Origin: Botryllus schlosseri
Taxonomy: Eukaryota
Length of the DNA: 64,000 nucleotides
NCBI GenBank assembly: GCA_051294905.1
Contig: CM119372.1
Coordinates: 34,102,001 to 34,166,000 of the forward strand
Direction: 5' to 3'
Positions 22,765 through 38,438 of the stretch are shown piece after piece (the stretch's first letter is position 1; every line of letters starts with the position of its first letter). The translations under genes were made by a program, and so were the position numbers. The notes below the pieces were generated by a model. It worked only from the letters and a program-made list of their open reading frames with translations, was not told the DNA's origin and did no database searches.

Positions 22765-25737
22765 CATAGTGTCCTATATGGTGTCGACACAAGCAAATCG
22801 CACGGTTCAATGAAATTGTATCACGTCACAGTTTCCATTTGGCTACAGGCAATTTGACGGTGATTTTTGCCCGACTTGCCGAGCATTAAATTTGATGAAG
22901 CGGGTATCAATCGAAAGCTGACGCTGTACTGCTTGCGAAAATATAAATTTCATTCCACTCATGGCCCTGGAACCCCCACAATCTGCCCCAAATTATTCAT
23001 TGTCTAGTAGATTGGCAGTGTGACGCAACAATGATGTCTGGCGAAACGAGAGACTAGCTCAAGAGCAAGGATGCGGCCGAGCGGCGAGAGTGGGATCAGC
23101 TGACGTCGCGGCAATAGCAATGTGCAACCGCGCCACAGAGAAACGCTGCGCTGTTGATACTTTTTCTATGCGTTCCGGTACAAGCGAGCACACACCAGCC
23201 TTTCCTTGACTTGTAAGGGTAGAACTGGGTCCACGGAATGTATTAGGGCCCTACCAATTTTCGCGCAATATCCTTCAGCTGATAGAGATATGTAGTCTAC
23301 ATTGGATATGTCAGATTATTATGATATCGATTGCCTTAGCCCGCTTGTTGCGTAAGGCTCCAGAGCAGACTTGGACAACTAGATAATTCTAGTTGTCTAA
23401 TTTCACTAAATTAGAGCGAAATGCCAGTAATCTAATTCTAATCTAATTTGTGAAATGTTTCCATGCTCTAATTCTAATTCTAATCTAATTTGTGAAATGT
23501 TCTTCTGCTCTAATTCTAATTCTAATCTAATTTGTGAAATGTCCCTATTCTCTAATTCTAGTTCTAATCTAATTATTGTTTTAATGAAAATGCCTCTTTG
23601 TCCGAGGCATATTGCACTATTGCGCAGGGAAATCCAGTGCCAAGCCGCCATCGCCTTACTTACACCGTGCAGTCATAGTAGATATTATGACGAATAATAG
23701 CCTGCTAGAGTAGCTTGTAGTCTGCGAACAAAATTCTAGTTTTTAAAACTTTACGTTAGTACATCGCCGTTCTTACTAACATGGGCGATGTCCATGGTTA
23801 TTATGAAGAAGTAATATTGTATTGGTGTACAGAAGTTAATGGGAATGCACTGATGTTGTTGTTGTTGTTTATTGAACAAAAATATGTGGCGCTTATCGCG
23901 TGACGGCCTTTTGCACCACGCACTGTGATTTGATATGAACTGGATTTTGCTGTGTTCATTTCCCATATACAATTTCATTCAATTTCCAATTTTTTGCGAA
24001 CTAAGTAGCTCTAATTCTAATTCTAATCTAATTTGGAAAAAACTTAGTAGCTCTAATTCTAATTCTAATCTAATTTGGAAAAAGCTGTGGAGCTCTAATT
24101 CTAATTCTAATCTAATTTGGAAAAACTGTGTAACTCTAATTCTAATTCTAGTCTAATTTGAAAAAAACTATGGAGCTCTAATTCTAATTCTAATCTAATT
24201 CAGAAAAGCTGAAAATTTTCTAGTTGTCCAAGTCTGCTCCAGAGATGCGTGGCGCTGTTGATACTTTTTCTACGCGCTTCGCTAAAAGCGAGCACACACC
24301 AGCCTTTCCTTGACTTGTAATGGTGAACTGGGTCCACAGAATGTATTTGGTCCCTACCAATTTTCGCGCAATCCTTCAGCTGTTAGAGATATTTCTAGTA
24401 AGAAAAATATACTTTCAAGTAATAAGATTCACTCAAGACAGCAAATTTAGATAATGTAAATATATCATATTGTAGTAATACAACTACAGTGTTGAGTTTT
24501 CACTCTAGTCCCCATAAGCACCACGTCGGTGACCTTGCCAAATTCCGAGAAGGCGAAAAAGTGCAAACTCTGTTGGGCCGAATGGACAATGGACATTCAG
24601 TTATTCACAGATGCGAAAAAAATACTGCAAATCCGTTTTAGGTAAGTTACATTAGGAATATATATACAGACTACAGAATGAGTATAATTCAAATATCTGT
24701 GATACCACTGTATTACTTTTGACGCAAAATATCCCCGGCATTCAAAAAAACTATTTGGTGATTGAAAAATGCTAAACCAAATTCCAACGTCAACGTTTAT
24801 AGTGATATCAGATATATTCCAATGAAAAACAAAGGTATGAATTTGGTGCTAACATTTTGGAATCATTTGGCAGGTATGGCCCGCAAGCTTTCTAGTAACG
24901 GATTGAATCCGGACAGCGATTCCAGTTTAATTCGACACTCCTGCTGTTAAACTTTATTCAACAATCAACATTTTACCTGCTGCATTCGCGGACCAAGTCC
25001 CACCCATACGGATCAAATAAAAGCTTGTAATGTATGCTCATGCTCAATGCTCCTTGCTCACACTTAACCATAAAAGCGACTATAGAAAGTATCTACACCC
25101 GCCATCAACAGCGCGACGTGTCTCTGGAGCCCTACGCAACAAGCGGGCTAAGGCAACCGATATAATAATAATCTGACATATCCAATGTAGATTACTTAGA
25201 CGTAGCCTACATATCTTTATCAGCTGAAGGATATTGCGCGAAAATTGGTAGGGCCCTAATACATTCTGTGGACCCAGTTCTACCCTTACAAGTCAAGGAA
25301 AGGCTGGTGTGTGCTCGCTTGTACCGAAACGCATAGAAAAAGTATCAAAAGCGCAGCGTTTCTTTGTGGCGCGTTTGCACATCGCTATTGCCGCGACGTC
25401 AGCTGATCCCACTCTCGCCGCTCGGCCGCATCCTTGCTCTTGAGCTAGTCTCTCGTTTCGCCAGACCGCATTGTTGCGTCACACTGCCAATCTACTCGAC
25501 AATGAATAATTGGGGGCTGATGGTGGGGGTTCCAGGGCCGCGAGCGGAATAAAATTTATATTTTCGTAATCAGTGCAGAGTCAGCTTTCGATTGATATCC
25601 GATTCATCAAATTTAATGCTCGGCAAGCCGGTCAAAAATCACCGTCAAATTGCCTGTAGCCAAATGGAAACTGTGACGTGATACAATTTCATTGAACCGT
25701 GCGATTTGCTTGTGTCGACACCATATAGGACACTATG
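22765..25737. mobile_element. P/Galileo-like foldback element, copy 2 (with nested MITE)
   Basis: Same termini and GTTGAAC flanks as 1049-4021. Confidence 0.8.
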
Positions 25738-27197
25738 GTTGAACACAATGATTTATCATTGATTCATGAACATGACCACGACCATGCACCATTGGTGCGG
25801 GTGAAACGTTCATGTGGAGTCGATTTGAGCGTTCAATTGCAACTTTCTAACCCTGTATAGTCCCACCGTTCTCTCAATTTTACATGTGTTACATAAACTA
25901 TAAGGAAAGACGACACGAAAACCCTACAGATATCGTTAATACGTGATAGAATGCATAAATTTGATAATCAGGTTAAATCTCTCTAACAAAATGGCGAAAC
26001 GCATGAGCATGTACATTGTATACATTGTACAATCAATGAAGAGACGTAATCGAAGCCTAACATCCGCAAGCGTCTGGTGAGCCGCAGTTTGCCCATCCCT
26101 GAGCTATAGCAATCATTAAAGTCGCATTTCTTTTAAAGGATACTGGACATTTACAATCAAGTTTGTGCTGTTCAACTTAGGGATACCATATGTCCTTAGC
26201 CGGACTTCGCGAGCTTCGTTAGCAGAAACTTCTATAGAATGATGTATGCCTTATAAATATCTGATTTTAAAGGGCAGCGTTAAATAAAGTTTTAAATATT
26301 ACATTTGAGTTGCGTGCATTTGTTGTAATTAGATTTAGAGTTTGGGGCCCTAGGGGACGCGTAACACGGTTTGGAAAACCTTGTTCAACACCATTGTCTT
26401 TAGTACAACATTAAAATAACGGGGCGCCCAAACAAGAATAGTCCTAGGGCAGTGGTTCCCAAGTGAGGGGGGGGGGGGAATTCCCCCCTTGGGGGAATTT
26501 TGAAATTTTTAGGGGGGAATCTGGTTTAAATTTCTTAGGGGAAATCTGGCTATGGCATTGTATTGGAAGATGCACTGGGTTCGCAAGGTTTTCAGAATTT
26601 TATGGTGTAGAACTGTTAAGTAGAAATTAGTTCTTTGCAATTGTATGTTTCTTTGGCGGATTTCAAGCTAGGTGTATATTTAAAAGCCTTCCGTAGATAT
26701 TACACCCCCTGATAAAGTCGAGGCTCACGAGGCGATTTCGTTGTGTCAGCGACAGCCTCTCGACCAAATTGTTACTAGGCAGGAAAACGTCGAGCCGAAT
26801 TCAGCACAAGGCCGCTAGTGAAATTGTTTAACTTTTTAAACCAACATATGAGCTAACGGGAAAAACATACCGTACCAAATTCATCGATTCAACTCAAGTC
26901 CATAGCAAGCGGACTTGTTGATTTATTTTTCGTCAGCGGCTACCCGACCGGGCACACACAGGTCAAATTTGACTGTACTGACTGACTGGGGGTAGGGGGG
27001 GGGGGGTGCATGTAAAAGAGTATACGACACACTGATCATGTTTGTGTTCTGCTTTGCAAATCAGTTCGATTGATACTCTATTCTAATCGAAAGTAGCGGA
27101 AACGTTGATCACTAGTTGGGCCAGTTGTAGATGTACTAATGTTCTCGTTCATAATAGATAAAACCCAATTTTCTTGGTGACTCGTATTGCGGAAACG

Positions 27198-28692
27198 ATG
27201 CGTGTACTTTTAATGACTCTTGTTTGGCTATTGCTTCATAACGCGGAATCGAGTGAAGTACCGGGAACGAAAGGCGCTGAAGATTCTGGATCACCGTCTG
27301 TCGACGGCAACGACCCACAAAACAGTACATTACCTTCGAACAAAAAAGATGAAAAACTACCGCCTGGACATGCCAAAGGCAATAGCAGCAGTAAAATTAA
27401 ACCTAAAAAGAATAATGGTGACAAAGGTGGAATAAAGAATATGAAAGTCCCCGGTGAGACAAGGCAAGTGTCGCTTCTGAGCAGTCACTCACGTTATGCG
27501 AAACACTGTCCGTCCCTGGCATTCGATTTGCGTCGATAAGAAAGGTTCATGGGGTCCCGGGAACCTTTATTTGTGTTGATCATCACGCCAGTGTCAACTT
27601 CTTTGTTTCATTCGATGGGTAATGATTCACAAGGAGTTGACAATAGGCCATCTACAACAGCAAGCATGTAAAGTAGGCTACGAGGTGTAAAATGTCAAAG
27701 GATATGTCCACCGTCAATGCAACCTCTATAACACCAACGAAATTAAGTTTGCAAAATAAATTTGACTTTGTTAACAATTTTGACAATATTTTGACCTAAC
27801 ACTACAATTTTTACAAAATTTTGACTTTTCAGCCACGTCAAAATATAACTGTCCTAGTTAACATGTATACGATTTAGATTTTAACAGCATTATTTCTCAG
27901 CAATATCTTTCCCTTGTTTTTTAGGTACCACAACTGTCCACCAGGATGGCGCAATTGCGTCCAGAAGTGAATCTGCCCACACAGGTAAAATATCCGCCTC
28001 TACTACGGAGTAATGCGCAGCACTCCCATATTATGCATTGGAAGCATCATGTGAAGAACTTCCTCTTTACCTACGTCACAAACAGCTTAGCCTTAACTAC
28101 CGCTTCCACCTCAGACGCTACTAGGCCCACGAACCCCCACCAATAGAAGTTCTCGAAGGCACGTGGCATGAGATATACAGCATCATGAACCCAAAATTCA
28201 ATACCCCCAACATGACCAGGAATGCCACGTCTCCCAATAACCTCGTACTGGAAAGAAAATCGCATCCAGATTTCACGACATGGTTGATGCAATCACAAAA
28301 CGTTGATCTAGACCTGACAAATATCATTAAAAAAGGCATCGCACCTCTGTCGCATAAACCCATAGTCCTGGACTTCATATTCGAACGCTATAACGAAGTC
28401 ATTGAAATATACACTTGACGGCTTTAAATCAACAGAAGGAGCCGGTTATGCGTTTACTATCCCGTCGCTGATGATAAACTTTTCTGAACCTTGTTCGATT
28501 TGTTGTAAATGGGTCTCCTTAAAAGCATCTTGGGAACCACTTCTAGGTGTTGAGTCCTTGATTTGGCACCTTTTCGTTAAGCATACATTAGGCAAATTTA
28601 TGTTTGCCTACGATAATTATCAAAAAATACACATTTATTTTGCAGAACTCATTGACCAATCCATGGAGGGGACGAAAATTTGCTGTGAATAA
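27198..28692 (+). CDS. Gene A, copy 2
   Basis: Exon translations and splice sites identical to copy 1. Confidence 0.55.
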
Positions 28693-31600
28693 TCGGCATA
28701 CGGGCAAAATCCATTATTTTCTATAATTAAGTCGTGTCGGTGATTGTGTATAAGTATTTATTGCATTTCATAATTATTTCGATACGGAGAAACCTGATTA
28801 TGGATTTGGTGCGAGTCTTATGCGTTATCTGAAAAGATAGCGAAGTAATTATTCAACGCTCATTTGTGTCTACTGCATACTGATAATTGACTGCTGTGTG
28901 ATATTAAAGAGTGTTGCGCAGGCTTACGTGTTACGTGTGTGCTTGCTCAATATTTGCAAGAGGGTTCGAACCTCCGTTACTTAGCCCAGCTTGATCGTTA
29001 CGCCAGAAACAGTAATATCGATTCCAATCCCGATATCCACACCAGTGATGAGCGGATAGTAATTTCTGAGAATCCGAATCCGTCTGACAGCTCGCGTATC
29101 TGAGGAACTATCAGTCCGAATCCGAACAATCTCATCCAAAAATCCATTCGAATCCGAACAATGTCGTCCAGAATACGAAAAGTCCGAATCGAATAACTTT
29201 TCCGAAGAATCCTGATTGCACGACTGAGCCGAGATACGATTAGGGCGTAGTCTTCACAAAGGCTAAGGTTAGGGTTTGCTGATTTGTATGTGCTTGGACC
29301 ATTTACAGAACAACTTTAGAGTACTACCAGTCTTATCAGAACGTGTTTACTGTCCGTGTTTGGTTGTTCAGTTCAAATGACAAATCACGTCTGGTAAGAA
29401 CTATTCGAAAATATCCGAAGCAGAAGTTACAACTATCCACAAATATCCGAAACAAAATATGCAATAGAATGCGAATCCCATCAGACTGTCTCAAAATTGT
29501 GCGAAATCAGGCCGGAACCCTATCCGAGTCCGTCCGATGCTCATCACTGATCCACACATGCTTGAAATGCCAAGAGTGAACACTCATATTATGTCGTATC
29601 GATACGACGATTATACTTATTGCCAGATCTACATAGTTTATCTGACATGTACAAAGCAATACTACAAACGTGAAATATGTTATAGGCAGAGGTGGTCAAA
29701 GTAGTCAAGAAAGCTACTCAAGTAGAAGTAGAAGTAGCGACGAAAAAATCTACTCAAGTACGAGTAGAAGTACTTCTTCCATAAGCCACCTAAAACTACT
29801 TGAAGGAAAGCTAGAATTGACTGACGTTAAATTTACTCAAGTAAGTAAGTGGTTTTGAAAACAGTCTCAATTCGTTCGCACGGACTGTCAAATGCTGCAA
29901 ATTGAGCTATGCGGAAGATGCAGAGAGATTGATTCGTATTGATGCATCCCAGGAGGTATCAATTTGCGACAGAAGAAGCATTCTTTAGCATCATGGGATG
30001 CAAATGATAGTAATGATATGAAAATGCGATATTAACCTTGTTTACTAAGAGACACCATTTTAGAGAATATCATGGCATGGCGCCCTACATCATGTTATAA
30101 GGCCCCAAGTTTAGGCGAAGAGCAATACGTAGAAGTTGCATCGGATACGGTTTCAACATTTTGCGAGATTGGTATACAAATATTGTATGCAAATTAGTAT
30201 ACAAATATTGTGGATCGTAAAATTTATATTTAGTGTAGCTTTATTTTCGGAAAATAGAGGCATTACTACACTTGCTTTTATGCTTCAACATGTATATTCT
30301 GCAGACAAAAGAACTGAAAGTAATTAGAACTCAAAGTATGATACTCTGAGTATCATACTCGGAACTGCAATTGAAATACAAATACTTCAAACACTTCTAA
30401 AAAGCGGAAAATATATTTCATGTCTTTTGTTCATAAAGCTTCAAAGGTAGGTAATCTGCTAAAAAAGGCGTAGCGTTCCAAACAGCCAGAATTTCCAGAT
30501 TAACAAGACACGTCATGGGCTGCTAGATAACGATAGGTAATTGCTAAATTGCGAAACGGTGGTTTCAAACGCCATATTTACTGTGATGAAATATTTGATA
30601 TGGGTGACGATGCAGTATGAGCGGAACCATAAGCAATCTGGTACCTAAATTATATTCATATATTTGGCATTCCATATACTGTGCGCGAAGCGCAATAATA
30701 TTTCTGGGCTTTACTTTACTTTTTTAATATTAAATGGTGGCCCTCCGTGAAACCAGCCCCGAAATTCCTCAGGCTATCTTTCGTATTGGGGGGTTAAACT
30801 ACTTCTACTTGACAAACTGAAAATAGCGAAAAGTAAGTAAGTAGATCACAAAATATTACGAAGTAGTAATAGAAGTAGAGAAAATCATATCTACTTGAGT
30901 AAGTAGCAGAAGTAGAGGAAAACTACTTCAGTACTTCCAAAAAGTAGAAGTGCATCGTTACTGACCACCTCTGATTATAGGCTACATGATGAAGAAAAGG
31001 ATTAATTCAATTGTCCGAATTTTTCGCTGCTGATGGTGAAGATTAATTTTACGGAATGACAGTTTTAAAGTTGCAACCCTCTTACGGGCCGTGGTAATCT
31101 TTATTATTTATCTTGAGCTAATATGTTCACACCACACGTTAAGACTATCCATGAGTTTTCGAACGGTGAGCATCGGGCGGGCCACTAGTAATTACTTACT
31201 TAGTTAAAGCATGCTGTTTTGTCGCGACTTCCGGAAAATGTTGTCGCCACTCAAAAGTTATCTCACGCGTACCACAACTCAATAAAAAATTGGTAAGATA
31301 CGCACGGTTCCCAATTTGCATTTATTCACAGCGCGCAAAATTTATTCCTCTGCTTCTTAGCATTTGTACCGTGGGACTCAGATTGCAATTAATGAGCCAT
31401 CCCGCGCGATCTTAGGACAAGGTTCTAACGCCGGCGATATTTCTGGGATCGCACTTCGTGTTGGCTAAGACATATCTGCCTTGGTGTGTCTTTTTAGCGC
31501 CGTAAAGCTGATACCTAATAGTCCCGCAACCGCTGGCAGCACACGCATATAATTAGATTCAATTCTGAATATCGTGCGTTTCTTTATTCAGGCCTATTTT

Positions 31601-34040
31601 TTGATTTTTTGATTTATCAAGAGGCGGGCACGCTATAATTAACATACCACTGAAACCATATATCGCGCAAAGCGCGATGAAAAATTTCAAGTCGGATACA
31701 TATGGTCAATAATAATAAACCTATATTAAGTTTTGAAAAATGTTCAAAAATTATTGGGAGCACGGCCCCATTCTCCCAGTCCTGGCGACGCCAGTGCTAT
31801 TGTATATATACATAGGCCTATGTATTAATACCGCTAACAGACTGTTTTGCGATATTAAAGAAAGCTCGGTGGATTTACATGCGTGCTCAATACTTGCAGG
31901 AGATTGTAAGACACTAGTACATGTAGTGTTTTGAGGCAGAAACTGTATAATATCAACTGCAAATACATATAATTACACATTATTGAAATGATAATAACGC
32001 AACCCCTTCATAAGAAAACAAAAATCACAATTCGAGCTCATAACATTATGTCGCTTCGGTACGTCGATTATACTTCCTTCTAGATATACATAGCTAATCG
32101 GAGATAATCAGATAAGCATAAAACAGGAATACTAGCGACATACAATAATATACTAAATATGATCCAGAGACGGGTCAATACAATCATCGAGATTTTTGGT
32201 TTCTGATGGGAAAAAATGTTAGCGAATGACTTGTTGAACGTGACAACTCCCTATGTATGGGATCTGGTAGTCTATAAGGACGATTATACACTGCTTACGC
32301 CTCTATACCGACAACAGCTCACCATCGCTTCTGAAATCAATAATGGTGACAATATCAGAACTTATTGCCAATGAGTTTACATCCCTGTCGGTATACATGC
32401 CAAGGCGATCACACGAAGACGAAGACGGTCATTAAATCTGTTTGTTTGTTTGAGGTATTCATTGTGTTTGTCGACTACTTTGTACATTTACACCACGCCA
32501 ATTTTCTTCATTTTTATTCCGTAGCTGCCGACTTGTAGCACTGCCCACTTCCAGGCTTTTCATAAGACACCGCTTACGCGGATAAGATGGCGAGGATGAG
32601 CCTGGATAAACCTCCAACACTTAGGTAATTAAATCTCTATTCGCAGTCGACTAGTCACGAAACATCTTAGGGTTCACGATTATAATAATTATTAATTGTA
32701 ATCACTGGTTTGCCTGGAAAATAAGGATCACTTCGTGGAATAATTTTGAATTTCCTGAAGAGTTCAACCCAAGCATTGCTCACCGAGGACTGACCGGTAT
32801 AGCTGCGGTACCGGCGGATAGAATATAATACTAATCTGTGTGCTGCGTAGGCCTGCGGAACGCGCATCCCCCAAACTGAAAAGAGAGTGGCCTCTCACTG
32901 TCTTCGAGCTTCAGATCCATATTTTAGTCAGTCTGACGTGGAATGCATAGTGCGGACGCTATACAAAATGGTAAATGGTAAGCGAGTAACAAATTGTGCG
33001 AATCCCTGGTTTAGTTAAATGCCTTGAATGAGCTTGAACTCGCCCGGCAGCTACTTTCCACCATAACGTTGTAGCAAACTACAATGAATTGGCGAAGTAT
33101 AAATGAAAATTAATTTCAAGGTCAGTGGCCATATCGATGTTCATTACTCACCCTCAAGCGGAATGCTTCGGATCCGTGTTCAGACAGCACAATCGAAAAC
33201 AGAATTCCCATTTGATCAGGAATCCTAACTGGATTGGATCCGGATCTTCAATAACACGACCCTTGCTTGTGTAATTATAATTGAGTCACCGCGGTACGCC
33301 CGCGAAGCAATTTCAGGTTATGCTCGACTAATTCATAATTATTCACTTCGTTGCACGCATCTAGCCGTTGAAATATCGAGAGAGAGAGAGAGAGAGAGAG
33401 AATCTTTATTCGTATACATTACATATCAACATAACACTACAAAAAATGTAACAGTGAAATGCGACATGCAAGGTAGACGGGAGGCTCGATATGACATAGT
33501 CTTCAGAGCCGAGCCACCCAGGACAGGAGCAATTTTCACAGTCGATAACTAATGAAAATCGATGTTTATGTGAGTAACGTAAACTAGCGATAGTCTACAC
33601 TACATACGCATTTGGGCTTTGGGCTTTCCCAAGACGATATAGCTCTTCAAAATAACTTGGCGTATTCGTAGCCATTACTGCGACGAGCTGATGTGGATCA
33701 GGTGGGAATGAACTGGTATTAAGTATATTTGACTTGTGGTCATCAACGTTTCGGGATGCGTGCTAAGGTAGGCCTACCCAATAAAATGGTTCTACCCGTC
33801 AGTCACTCGAGAAGGTTATCGAATATTTGCACCGAAGGTCTTTGTCCACTAAGCGTCAGTAAATAGTTTTTCGTTTTATGGCGGTAATTTTAATATGAAA
33901 CTGTCGCTCTTTTCCGAAATGTAGCCTACATGGTTATCCCAAATCGAGAAAATCAATGCTTATTGACTGCACAACAAAACGGTATGTGAAACTTGACCTC
34001 AAGCTGTCGACAGGGCTGTTGAAATGAAGGCAATTGTTGA

Positions 34041-35389
34041 CTATTGGCGGGTGCTGTAATGCGCCCAAAAAGTGAAGCCACTTGACACCACTGTTAACCC
34101 GGATAGCATGTGCAGCTGGATCGATACGCATGCAAGATCTGTCAAGATATAAACGATCATTGTACCACAGGCCAAACCAAAAGTTTGCACGACGTAAGCT
34201 GAATTGTGATCAATAAAATAGGTACCGGAAATCATATAGGCCTACACAGTCACTCTACGTAAAGCGTGCGTCGCACCCATCAGGATAGCCAGAACGGTCC
34301 GTGGACATATTGTGCGACCTAATTGACGGTTGCCAAATGGCAGCCACTGAATATCCAGATGCTTCCACCACCAAACTCAGTATCAGTAGAAATGGCATCG
34401 GTGTGTAATTTCCGAGTGCGGTTACCGATGAACAGACAAGGAATGAAGTATATACGTGACGAACAAAACCTTATCTAAATGATCAACACCGAGCACACAC
34501 GAGCCATAAGCGCGTGACATGTCCGACCAAATGAAACCAGCAATGAAGCCTTGCTGCAATAGGGCTGGAATGGTCAGCAAACCTGGCTTTGAAACCACGT
34601 GACGAATCAAACGTTAAAATTAATTTTTACAATCTACCATCAATTCCGTGAGATACCCCAAATTTCTATTTTCGCTTGACACGGCATACCATTGAACCAA
34701 TATATACCCAGTACTTGAACTCCGCAACATAAGCACAGGTACATACGTATAGAAATTAACGTCGGTACCAATTGTCTACTAGAATCAGTCGCAAACGCGT
34801 AATCAGACGGGCAATCGTTTGCTGCGCGTTTTGTCAAGTCACGAGTCGAGTCTGAGAAATTGGTGAAGTCATCAGTGATTTCCCTTTTTAAGAACAAGTC
34901 AGGCACAAGGCTGAAGATAGCTTGACCCAGCCCCAGAATGGCGACGAATATTCCGACAGCCGCTTCAGTACCGACTTGTTTGTCACTTGGCTGCGTCGAC
35001 TGCGATATTGATGAGATTATGACTCCGAGTGCGGGCATTATTAGGCCCCCGCCGACACCCAGCAGCATGCCTGCGGGCGTTACAGTCCAAAATCGAGGGT
35101 AGCCTATAGCAACGCTAGAGTAAATAACAACGAAGGAACTTGGCCTAAATGTAAGCACGCTTTCTTCCCCAAAATACTAATAATTGGTACGTAAATCAGC
35201 AGTGTCACAATGCAGAGAGCTTCGTAAACCACTACACTAATCGATCCCAGTTCCCAGTGCGCCCTTCACTCCAATGCTTCACTGTAAGGCAGTAAGATTG
35301 TACTGCAGGCCAGCAACCATTGCAAAGCCAATTGAAACTTCATAAATGCGTAGTTTAGCGGACATTGCTCTTCGCCCCAAATCCACCAT
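34041..35389 (-). pseudogene. UNC-93-like pseudogene, copy 2
   Basis: Same ORF fragments and lesions as copy 1. Confidence 0.85.
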
Positions 35390-38300
35390 TGTAAATCATA
35401 TAAGCTGTTGTGTGCATATTAGATATGCAACACTCCGTTAAAATTCAATTGTGTGATCGATTATGAGCTGGTCTGATCGTATCAAACAATCTCGATTGTC
35501 GTCATCCAATCGTGACTATGCAAGTGTATAGGTAGGGCTGTTGAAAACAAAAAAAAATTCTTCCAAATCTTTCTTGCTACCTGATTAAATTGTCAGGTTA
35601 CCAAAAAAAAAACGATGCACACCAAATTTGACTCAATTCCAACCAGCAGATGCCGAGTTCTTACAAATTGAAATTTTGGCCATTTTTTAAATAACAGTAT
35701 TTACGGTGGCAAATTTCGTCACTCCAACATGACGAAAAATCGTGTTCAAGGCATGCCCGAAGGCGCAGGGATGCTTTTTCTACCCGTTTACATCTTGACA
35801 AGGGCCTATGGTAGAGTTTGGATTTTAACATCGTCAGTTAACGAAAAAAAAGATATGAGACGGATTAGCTGGAAATAAGTCGACTTCATTGAAATAGCTA
35901 CGTGCAAATGATGGTGATATAATTTGCAAATAAAATACCTTTCACATTAAAATTAACGACCACGGAAACGAAATAAACTGACAAGCAGGTAAATACACGG
36001 TCAAATATATTTCTCAATTGATAGTTACGATTAGTAATCGTAATCGATTACGACGATTACAGCATTTTCAAGTAATCGTAATCGCAATCGATTACATTTG
36101 AAAAAATACCGAAGTAATCGTAGTCGTAATCGACTACTTCACATATCTAATCGATTTATTTGTTCATGAACGATTACTTTATATGAGTGCCTTTATTTTG
36201 TACATGCAAGCTAATGAAAAGCTAATGAAGCTAATTAAGCTAATGAAAAGCTAATGAAGCTAATGGAAAGCACAATGACTATGACATAAACTGAACATTA
36301 GTGAACAAGGAGATATATGTGGCGCCAAAATGCCTATTCCTGTAACTTAGCCATGCTTTTATTCTTGAGGGAGTGACGTTTGAATTTGAAAATCAAGCAA
36401 TTAAGAGACATTAAATTGCGACGCTCGAAGAACATTTTCAAGTTGATTAAATTTCTCGAAAATCTCTCACTCCCCACCGGGGTTGCAACCAAGTTACAAT
36501 GTTCCGAGTCACCAGTCAGTCTCACTTTTTTAGTTTTGACTTGAGTCAAGTCGAGTCATTTTCTATATGTTCACTGTTCAGTTTTCAGTTCAATTCGGTT
36601 CAACCCACTTTTTTAACTCTGCTGGAGTGATATAGAAGACTCGCATTCATAATATAGTAATTTTCCTCAGCCTTAACACTTTGTGACTATATTTTCCGAG
36701 TATCAGAACTGATAGACGAAAAATCAATATTGTGTTACCAGAACTATTCTTCGAAGTTGCAATGAAATGTCTGTCTTGAGTGCCCGAGTCTCGAGTAGCA
36801 TGACTTGGTTCGAGTCATGGACAATGACTCGAGTACAAGTCGTGTCAATGCAAAAATTGACTCGAGTCGAATCGTTTTACGCCTTTGAAAAAATGACTCG
36901 AGTAGAGTCGCGAGTAACCAAAATCGCGACTCCAGTCACTACAACCATGCTCCCCACCCGATTGGGGAGTTTGGGGTACGGTAGTTACGGACCTGGCAAG
37001 AAAGCGAATGGGTGGATGCGATAAATCGTCCCCTATAAAGTTGGACATTCGTTATATTATGACGTATTATGATGTATTATCTATAAATAAAGTTATCTCA
37101 TTACGACTTTTCATCGCAATCATTATATTGTCTACCAATATCTTCTAAGATTAGTTCTAAGAAGCAAGATAAATGTAATCGTGAGTAATCGTGATTACTT
37201 TTCCAATGTAATCGTAATCGTAATCGTAATCGCGTGACACTGAAGTAATCGTAATCGCAATCGATTACATTCATAAAGTAATCACCCCATGTCTGATCCA
37301 TAGCCCATCTTAGTACCAGCCGGCTGCAGTGTCGTTGTTTTACTCCAGTTGCCATTAGGAAGAAGTCGGTGTCATCGTAACCCGATTTCGAGAAGGCAAT
37401 AAGTCTACTAAGTTCAGAGTTTTATGGAAAATTATACCCAAAACACAGTTATTCACAGAAGCGAAAACGCCAATGCGAAGCCGCTATATGCAGTTTATAT
37501 GTAAAAATATATTGATTTATACAACCATATAATCCAAATATCTGTGGTTGCACTGCGGTGACACTTTCGGCTTAAAAGGTGCCACTGCCCAGCCTCCAGT
37601 CAAATCCGAATAGAGATTTAAGATTTATTATGAACCAAATTCCAACGTCTGCGTTTACTGTTCAATCTCTTGTATTCCTCACCCATCTTGCGCAGGGCTG
37701 ACTCCAGATTACGACTAAAGGAGACGAAGCATAGATATATGCCAACTTATATCGTCGTTAGCGCCAGTGTTTTGGCGGTTTATATCCGTATTCAACCGGC
37801 CAATCATGGTATTTTTGCCAATTTCATGGTCCGCGAATAAAATGTTGCTGCTTGTTAGAATAAAACCCCTATGATCCGTGGTACAACGTAAAATACTATT
37901 ATGTCTATATACTTGATAACAAAGTGAAAAAATAGAGAATCAGGTAACATTTTCGAATTAGTTGACTGGTGCGGCCCGCGAGTGATTTGAAGGCTCGTAT
38001 CTGGCCCGCGACGCAATTTGAATTTGACACCCCTGGTTTAAAGGATTGATAGATGTTAACCGGTACTGACGAAATTGCATTTAATCGCGACATTTCGATT
38101 CATCTGGTGTGATGCACAGATTTGAAGCAATATTTCGTTGTCATAACAATCATTTGGAAATAAAAATTCATGAGAACGAATGGTATAGCAATACGAATCA
38201 CCGGTTTGACCCGAGTACATCGCTACACCTACTCGCACCTTGGCGAGTTGACCTTAATTGAGCCATGTTAACCAATGATCCGAAAGATGTAAATTTGTGA

Positions 38301-38438
38301 GTGTCATCTAGGGCATGACGTACTCTAAGTAGGTCTATATATACAAGAGCAAATAAGTATAAAAGTTATTCACTTTGGTGGACAAAACAATCAGTGTGCA
38401 AACAATTTGGTATCACAATCGCTACAAGGCCAGGAAAT